Assembly (NCBI GenBank): GCA_030704615.1
Contig: CM060731.1
Span: 73,718,001-73,782,000, forward strand
Reading direction: 5' to 3'
Source: Takakia lepidozioides
Lineage: Eukaryota; Plantae; Bryophyta
Length of the DNA stretch: 64,000 bases
A program made the translations under genes and the position numbers. The notes below the pieces were generated by a model that saw only the letters and a program-made list of their open reading frames with translations, did not search any database and was not told the DNA's origin. Each line of letters begins with the position of its first letter. Position 1 is the stretch's first letter. This document shows, piece by piece, positions 61,100 through 64,000 of the stretch.

Positions 61100-61680
61100 C
61101 ACCCTTAAACTTGTTAATGTTTGTGCCTTTGATGCGTCGAAAAACTGTTTGCTCCGGTCGGAAACCGGAAAGTTGTAACCAGTAAACGGCCGCAACAGCA
61201 TGTGCGACTTAAGTCTCATAGTGCGACTTATAGTGTCGCCGTTAAACTTGTTAATGTTTGTGGCTTTGATGTGTTGTAAAACTGTTTGCTCCGGTCGAAA
61301 ACCGAAAGAGTAAATGGCTGCAAAACAGCATGTGCCACTTATAGTGTCGCCATTAAACTTGTTAATGTTTGTGGCTTTGACGAAATTCTCAGCCTCTGAT
61401 GTGTCAGAAAAACTGTATGCTCTGGTTCAAAACCGAAAAGTTGTAGTAAACGGCCATAAGATGCGCAACTTATAGTACCCCGTTAAACTACTTGTGATGT
61501 GTCAGAAAAACTGTATGCTCTGGTTCAAAACCGAAAAGTTGTAGTAAACGGCCACAAGATGTGCAACTTACCCTTAAACTACTTGTTAATGTTTGTTGCT
61601 TGACGAAATTGATGTGTCCAAATATCTATGTGCTCCGGTCCAAAATCAAAAAGTTGTAAGCAGTAAACGGCCATGACTTG
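61100..61680 (+). repeat. Tandem array, ~110-140-bp units x5
   Basis: Recurring TTAAACTTGTTAATGTTTGT..AAAACTGT.TGCTC.GGT..AAACCG.AAAGTTGTA..GTAAACGGCC. Confidence 0.85.
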
Positions 61681-62039
61681 CATTGGACTATTGACTCCTT
61701 TCCGATGTCGGTGAGCGAACAACACGAGGCGTCTGTGGAAAATTTGTTGCTAGAAAACACAGGGGTTCAAAACTATTATTTTATGGACCACCATCTGCCT
61801 TACTACTACCTCTTTGGTCAACACTTCCTTCCTGGCTGCAGGTTATTTTATAAAAACCGCTGGATCGGTGGAGGTTCTTACAATTAACCGGAACTGGTGG
61901 TTCTTTCATTCTTTCCCAAAAAAATACATGAAAAAACCGGAACCTGCGGATCTTTGATTCTAAGATTTTGTATAAACCACAACCAGGGTTTATGAAAGAA
62001 ATCAAACAACCGCCCAACTCTGGTTATTTGGACCTGACC

Positions 62040-62230
62040 TGGCACATGGACTGAGCTGCTAGCTCATCCACCCAGGTGATTCGGGGTTCAAATCCTGCTA
62101 CCTGGTATGATCTTCTCCCCCTTCCCTTGTGCTTGGCGAAGTTACTTTGAAAGAGGTTCTTTTCTCCTCTCGCTATAATGAAGGGGCCTGATTTGGGAGA
62201 GGTCGCTCCCCTTTTTAAGGAAATTAAAAA
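62040..62230 (+). mobile_element. tRNA-derived SINE, same family as 18364
   Basis: CCACCCAGGTGATTCGGGGTTCAAATCCTGCTACC, TCTTCTCCCCCTTCCCT, AAGGGGCCTGATTTG. Confidence 0.65.
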
Positions 62231-63537
62231 ATTTGTGGGGCGGAAATTAAATTTGTTTTAACCCCTACAACCCTACGGATTACGGACCGCACTTTTTTTT
62301 CTTTAATAATTTTCTTTTCCAAGCCACTTAGCTATTGGGCGCCAGAGCTTTCCACTGGCACCTGCCCGAAGGTGATTGGTGAGCGGGATTTGGCAGGCCT
62401 GCTGCCCAAGCGCGGGCAGACGTGCAGACGGGTAGGGTCCAGGCCGCACAGGCTGCATTGACTGAAGGCCGGCCGCGTAGGTCCCGCTGCCCGCGGGGCA
62501 GGGTGGTGGAGGTTGCATCACTGCGGTGGACCCACTCATAAGCAGTGAGAGAGAAAAGTAAAAATAAGCCACTTCGGCGTGCGGCTACTGCTCCTGGAAT
62601 GTTTTGTTTTCACTTTTATGGGGCCACGTGTAAATTCCACCCAGCGCCCATGTGGCGACAATAACGAGGTGGCAACTTTAGACAAATGACACGTTTTGAT
62701 ATGTCCACGTAGGCTACAAGAGGCTACTTTGCAGCTTTACTAAACTGCTCTCATGGCACTAAGCTTTGACACGTCACAAAAGATGATTTGTAGTAGGAGC
62801 AAGGACCATTATCAAATAGATTGGAGGAAGACTTATTGAACTCTGGAGATCCACAGGAAGAATTGTAATTCAAAGATCAAACATCCAATAATGGTTGGCA
62901 CAATGTACGAGCGGTTGTGGGTTCGAAGTCATCTATGTGTGCCCATTAGACCTAACCCAACTACAAAAGAAGGATTCAGATCAACTAATTAGTGAAATGT
63001 GGGAGTACCTTAATAAGAATGTGTAAGTTGTTGAATTTAGAAAAGAAAAGAAAAGAAAAAAAAGAAAAGATGTCAGCGCGTAAGACCTTACGGTGTAAGA
63101 TCCCCCGCCCTAGAGATCTTAGGCCGTAAGGTCCCTGCCAGCTGTTCACGTGATACATTTTCCGTTACGTCCCTGCAAAGGGAAAAAACCCGTAGGTTTT
63201 TATGCTGCTGCTCTGGTTGCCCGCCTGACGCGGTGTCCTCTGCTCTAACGCCACGGCCACCCTCCGACGGGGCACCCGCTACGACTCCGGGGCGTGCCCT
63301 CTACACGCCGCCGGTGGCCCTTTCCGGCCATCATGTCCAACTCCCTGGGCCCCGCTCCGGTTACAGGTGGCACCCGCCTGGGTTTTTATATTTAGACACG
63401 GTTGACATTTACGGCATATAAAAGTGCCATTTATGACTCTTTATCGTCTAAAATAAGGTTGCTTCCTGCTTTAAAAAAAGAAAGAAAGATGTTTATTCTC
63501 CAAATATTTATTAACATTTAACACAGAACCAATATAT

Positions 63538-63700
63538 TCCGGGCTCGAATCCTGCTACCTTCTCCGATGTCTTATCTGGTTTTTGCAGCCTTTCGGTCTG
63601 GGGTTCAATGCTTCTTGCCTCATAAAGAAAAGGAGGTTATTTTATTTCCCCACTTTCCTCTCTTGTCAGGGCCTGAATTGTGAGCTGTTGCTCCCTATAG
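63538..63700 (+). mobile_element. 5'-truncated SINE, same family
   Basis: GGGCTCGAATCCTGCTACC B-box and tail AGGGCCTGAATTGTGAGCTGTTGCTCCC. Confidence 0.55.
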
Positions 63701-64000
63701 GTAGATGCTATATATATATATATACACTTTTATAGTGATTCTATTTTTCCTGATTTAAGCCGTCAGCTGATCCGGTTGATCACTGAGGTACTTTCATTTT
63801 ATTTTATTTTCTTGGAGGTGGGTGGCAGACACGGAGAAGCCTGACACAGACGTGCGGCACAAGTCGGGGACGGGGCCATCTTAAGACACGATAGCGTCGG
63901 CCGTCTTGCTGGCGTAGACGGACGGCGCCGGTCGCGCCTGCCGGAACCGCGCAGAAGGTGTCGTCTGTCTGCCGGGTCTCCTCTCGCTGCTCTGGCCCCT

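Overview
Eukaryotic land-plant nuclear DNA, most likely from a bryophyte or another seed-free plant (inferred from the PLS-PPR style, TE types and a half-tRNA-primed Copia; the species cannot be fixed from sequence alone). Apparently intact genes: an intronless organellar-type cysteine synthase (16643-17995), a PLS-class PPR gene ending within the E domain (18805-20664), a 10-exon MAP1D-like methionine aminopeptidase (23380-27219, -), a 90-aa Cys-rich membrane protein (52566-52838, -) and a 6-exon NLR with an unusual TM-TIR-NB-ARC-LRR-TPR architecture (54252-59073, -). The most unexpected element is a decayed gene at about 10700-14900 (-). In it, three or four OSB-type PDF ssDNA-binding motifs, split by introns and so hidden from the ORF track, lead within one exon into a PLS-PPR-E-DYW editing-factor body. 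Mobile DNA: a Copia remnant with a TIR element inserted in gag, two convergent full-length Galadriel-like chromoviruses (one with a micro-inversion in its 5' LTR), a TTAA/CCC piggyBac-like non-autonomous element, a Helitron-like repeat element, a tRNA-derived SINE family and several tandem or palindromic arrays.
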